This document shows, piece after piece, positions 59,306 through 64,000 of a stretch of 64,000 nt of DNA. Origin of the DNA: Eledone cirrhosa (lineage: Eukaryota). A program made the position numbers and the translations under genes. Positions within the stretch are counted from its first letter, which is position 1. Each line of letters opens with the position of its first letter. The DNA is taken from NCBI GenBank assembly GCA_964016885.1, contig OZ024766.1:3100001-3164000 (forward strand). The letters are read 5' to 3'. The notes under the pieces are model-generated. The model made no database searches. It was not told the DNA's origin and saw only the letters and a list, made by a program, of their open reading frames with translations.

Positions 59306-59592
59306 GTGTGTGTATGTGTGAGTATATATATATATATTTCGTTTTTTAATGCTTTGCAAGATTATTTTTACCTGAAAACTTATGTTGAAACAGATATTGT
59401 TATACTTTGGGAGGGTCATTCTGCCAATTAAAACACACACTCCCGTTGTTTTTCAATTCAATTTATTATAAATTTCAGGTTGGTTGGTTTAATAACCGGA
59501 TGGTTGTTTATATATTGCCAAAGCCCTTTCGTCACACACTGTGACCTCCTCATTGACTGGTTTCTTATTTTGTGTCTCTCCTGTCCTACACC

Positions 59593-60354
59593 AACTTGTT
59601 TTATTGAACGCTGTAACACCAGAGGACTGTGTCATTCCCATTGGGAGATTTCGTTGAGTCAGGTCTGCCTTTATCATTTCATCCCACGTCTTCTCTAGGT
59701 GCTTCCTGTAGCCTTTAAAGTCCTGCACCACTTTAAACAGCTGTCATCCTTCATGTGCATCCTATGACCATACCACCAGTCTTCTACCCTGCACACAGCA
59801 TTTGATCCCTCTTATGCCCTGTTTTGCCCCTAATACATATACACTTTGCCGTTCATGTACAACTTTGTTACACATCCATCTGATCATATAGACTTTGTTT
59901 CTTTCCAATCTCCATAGGACCTCAGTACTCAGAGCCCATATTTTGCTACCATGTAGCATTGCTGAGTGCACACAGGCATTGTAAAGTTTGCTTTTTATCT
60001 AGAGTGAGAGACCTTTTGTAGTTAACAGTTGCAGCAGCTCCCTCAACATTTTCTAACCTGTTCTTATCCTTGCAACTCTGCTTTATGCACAGCCTCCTCC
60101 TCAGCTGATTTTGTTCCCAAGATAGAAGCTATCAGCAATTTTTATGGGGTGTTCTGTGCATTTAAGGGCACCTGCTATGTGAAGGTCTTTGCCAACTTCC
60201 CTTGCACAGCGTTCACATATCAAGTTTTTTTTTCTTGTGATCCTGCCAGTTTTCTCACTACATCACGTGTGTACCCACTATCTGCATTTGGTACACTAGA
60301 TACAATTCCTACCTACTCCTTTCCTGCACACTAAGCAGAGCCATTTCCCAGAGT
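59593..60354 (-). mobile_element. Old degenerate RTE LINE fragment, unit 9
   Basis: Paralog of 3800..4560. Confidence 0.85.
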
Positions 60355-61055
60355 ATAATATTTGGTTAAAATATATTTTATAACACCCCAAAAAATGTTT
60401 CTTGTCAGTAAAGAACTAACATCCAATACATTTTACACTATGTATCATCTATTGACAATATGACATTTTAATAAAATGAGAGTTCTCTGATCATTATTTT
60501 ACAAATATATTTACCCGTGAAGTGCGAAAGGTTGGCGACCATTGCTCTATGTAGAGTGGTTGGTTTCAGGAAGGGGCATCCAGTCATAGAATCTATGTCA
60601 AAAAAAGATTGAGAGGACCCTGCAGCTATGTGAAGGGCATGACAACCTCTCCAGTGTTGGTGATACAAAATTGCATGCTCACCCAACAGACAAATATGAC
60701 AGCATAGACCTTTGAGTGATGACAAATATTCACTTCAAAACCCCCAATGTCCATTCAGTCTACAACATTATGGGATAGAGGGTCCCTTACTCATACACAA
60801 CAGGAAATCTGGGTGTTGCCCTCTAAATATTTCTTGTGGCCAGCTACAGCATTATGTCATGGGATAGAGGGTCCCTCAATTATACACTACAACAGGGAAC
60901 GTGGTTGTTGCCAAAAATAAAATTTAAGAAGACAACTATCAGATATGAGAATAACTTTAATCCCATTTAAAAATAAAATTAAAAAAATAGGAAAACAATA
61001 TTTAGAAGCTGTAGAAATACTAAGGGTTTCCTTGTGATATTAGTTGACAATAAGT

Positions 61056-61541
<486 letters not shown>

Positions 61542-63761
61542 TCAGTGATGAGGCTTTTCTCCTGTATGAAGACGTATATGTCTAGTTAACTGATCAGCTC
61601 GAGAGAATGATTTACCACAGATATCACAGGAATGAGGCTTCTCGCCTGTATGAATACGCTTATGTGTAGTTAAATGCGATGACAAAGAGAATGACTTTCC
61701 ACAGATATCACAAGGATGAGGCTTCTCTCCAGTATGAGTATATTTATGTACAGTTAATTGACCTGACTGAGAGAATGACTTACCACAGATATCACAGTGA
61801 TGAGGCTTCTCTCCTGTATGACTATATTTATGTAGAGTTAAACTACTCGAGTGAGAGAATGACTTACTACAGATATCACAGTGATGAGGTTTTTCTCCTG
61901 TATGAATACGTATGTGTTCAGTTAAATTGCTCGGCGCAGCGAATGACTTACCACAGATATCACAGTGATAAGGCTTCTCTCCTGTATGAATGTATTTATG
62001 TCGAGTTAAACTACTCGAGTGAGAGAATGACTTACCACAGATTTCACAGTGATGAGGCTTCTCTCCTGTATGACTATATTTATGTACAGTTAACCGACCT
62101 GACTGAGAGAATGACTTACCACAGATTTCACAGTGATAAGGTTTTTCTCCTGTATGAATACGTATGTGTTCAGTTAAATTGCTCGGCACAGCGAATGATT
62201 TACCACAGATATCACAGTGATAAGGTTTTTCTCCTGTATGAATACGTATGTGTTCAGTTAAATTGCTTCGCGCAGCGAATGATTTACCACAGATATCACA
62301 GTGATGAGGTTTCTCTCCTGTATGACTAGATTTATGTAGAGTTAAACTACTCGAATGAGAGAATGACTTACCACAGATTTCACAGTGATAAGGTTTTTCT
62401 CCTGTATGAATACGTATGTGTTCAGTTAAATTGCTCGCCGCAGCGAGTAACTTACCACAGATATCACAGTGATAAGGTTTTTCTCCTGTATGAATACGTA
62501 TGTGTTCAGTTAAATTGCTCCGCGCAGCGAATGATTTACCACAGATATCACAGTGATGAGGTTTCTCTCCTGTATGACTAGATTTATGTAGAGTTAAACT
62601 ACTCGACTGAGAGAATGACTTACCACAGATATCACAGTGATAAGGTTTATTTCCTGTATGAAGATATTTGTGTCGAGTTAAACTACTCGACTGAGAGAAT
62701 GACTTACCACAGATATTACATTCATGAGGTTTCTCTCCTGTATGAATGAATTTATGTCTAGTTAAGTGATCATTTCGAGAGAATGATTCACCACAGATAT
62801 CACATTGATGAGCTTTCCCTCCTGTATGAATGAATTTATGTCTAGTTAAGTGAGCATTTTGAGAGAATGATTCAGCACAGATATCACAGTGATGAGCTTT
62901 CCCTCCTGTATGAAGGAATTTATGTCTAGTTAAGTGAGCATTTTGAGAGAATGATTCACCACAGATATCACATTGATGAGCTTTCCCTCCTGTATGAATG
63001 AATTTATGTCTAGTTAAGTGAGCATTTTGAGAGAATGATTTACCACAGATATCACAGTGATGAGGCTTCTCTCCTGTATGACTATATTTATGTACAGTTA
63101 ATTGACCTGACTGAGAGAATGACTTTCCACAGATATCACAGAGATGAGGCTTCTCTCCTGTATGAATATATTTATGTACAGTTAACTGACTTGACCGGGA
63201 GAATGACTTCCCACAGATTTCACAGTGATAAGGTTTCTTTCCTGTATGAATATATTTATGTTTAGATAAACTACTTGGTTGAGAAAATGATTCACCACAG
63301 ATATCACAGTGATGAGGCTTCTCTCCTGTATGAATATATTTATGTACAGTTAACTGACCTGACTGGGAGAATGACTTCCCACAGATTTCACAGTGATGAC
63401 GCTTCTCTCCGGTATGAATACGTTTATGTGTAGTTAAATGCGCTGACAAAGAGAATGACTTTCCACAGATATCACAGTGATGAGATTTCTCTCCTGTATG
63501 AATACGTATGTGTTTAGTTAAGTCACCCTTACACGAGAATGATTTACCACAGATATCACAGTGACGGGGTTTCTCTCCTGTATGGACAGATTTGTGTCTA
63601 CTTAAACTACTTGACATAGAAAATGATTTACCACAGATGTCACACTGATGAGGCTTCTCTCCTGTATGAATACGTATGTGTTTAGTTAAGTAACCCGACA
63701 CAGAGAATGATTTACCACAGATATCACAGTCGTATGATGATTTTTTGTTCCTCTTTGACAT
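61542..63761 (-). CDS. Poly-C2H2 zinc-finger protein, 26 fingers (ZNF-10)
   Basis: 739-aa finger ORF. Confidence 0.93.
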   Translation of the reverse strand: MSKRNKKSSYDCDICGKSFSVSGYLTKHIRIHTGEKPHQCDICGKSFSMSSSLSRHKSVHTGEKPRHCDICGKSFSCKGDLTKHIRIHTGEKSHHCDICGKSFSLSAHLTTHKRIHTGEKRHHCEICGKSFSQSGQLTVHKYIHTGEKPHHCDICGESFSQPSSLSKHKYIHTGKKPYHCEICGKSFSRSSQLTVHKYIHTGEKPHLCDICGKSFSQSGQLTVHKYSHTGEKPHHCDICGKSFSQNAHLTRHKFIHTGGKAHQCDICGESFSQNAHLTRHKFLHTGGKAHHCDICAESFSQNAHLTRHKFIHTGGKAHQCDICGESFSRNDHLTRHKFIHTGEKPHECNICGKSFSQSSSLTRHKYLHTGNKPYHCDICGKSFSQSSSLTLHKSSHTGEKPHHCDICGKSFAARSNLTEHIRIHTGEKPYHCDICGKLLAAASNLTEHIRIHTGEKPYHCEICGKSFSHSSSLTLHKSSHTGEKPHHCDICGKSFAARSNLTEHIRIHTGEKPYHCDICGKSFAVPSNLTEHIRIHTGEKPYHCEICGKSFSQSGRLTVHKYSHTGEKPHHCEICGKSFSHSSSLTRHKYIHTGEKPYHCDICGKSFAAPSNLTEHIRIHTGEKPHHCDICSKSFSHSSSLTLHKYSHTGEKPHHCDICGKSFSQSGQLTVHKYTHTGEKPHPCDICGKSFSLSSHLTTHKRIHTGEKPHSCDICGKSFSRADQLTRHIRLHTGEKPHH

Positions 63762-64000
63762 CTCTTCAGGAAAAAATATTTTTGCACAGCAGAAAATAAA
63801 GATGTTTTTTCTTGGTCTTCTTTTTATAGTTTATTCCTAATAAATATTTTCAAAGTTAAATTTCCATCAACTTTGATTTTTGTTGACACCTGAAAATGAT
63901 GCAAATTCCTTTATAGATTTACCCAAGTTTAATAAGATTACTATATCTTCTTGTACACTTTCCAGATAGTGAGAAGATAAATTATTTAATGAACCTCAGT

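Overview
Eukaryotic, AT-rich window consisting entirely of a head-to-tail tandem array (units 5.5-8.3 kb) of ten minus-strand, effector-less poly-C2H2 zinc-finger genes with 21, 23, 21, 24, 6, 20, 18, 29, 31 and 26 fingers (219 total; every protein is exactly 11+28n aa). The [17 protein letters not shown] finger style, (TA)n/(TG)n tracts and RTE LINEs with (GAT)n tails suggest a cephalopod, probably Octopus, C2H2 cluster (inference). Each unit has a putative non-coding exon 1 with a YY1-like motif and a uORF, a ~0.75 kb intron, one coding exon, ~5 decayed fingers behind a shared in-frame stop, an old RTE LINE fragment and microsatellites. Four insertions are present in only some units: a young 5'-truncated RTE LINE and a 605-bp non-autonomous Helitron (units 2,4,5), an ~811-bp Merlin derivative (units 6,8,9) and a ~62-bp RTE 3' tail (units 1,3,5,7). 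The most notable signal is that flanks and terminal fingers are near-identical between copies while the middle fingers are reshuffled from a small shared vocabulary, with chimeric genes, hybrid recognition helices and conversion tracts, i.e. PRDM9-like minisatellite diversification acting across a whole gene cluster. All comparisons were made by eye; no alignments or database searches were run. Units are numbered by ZNF gene plus the spacer to its right.
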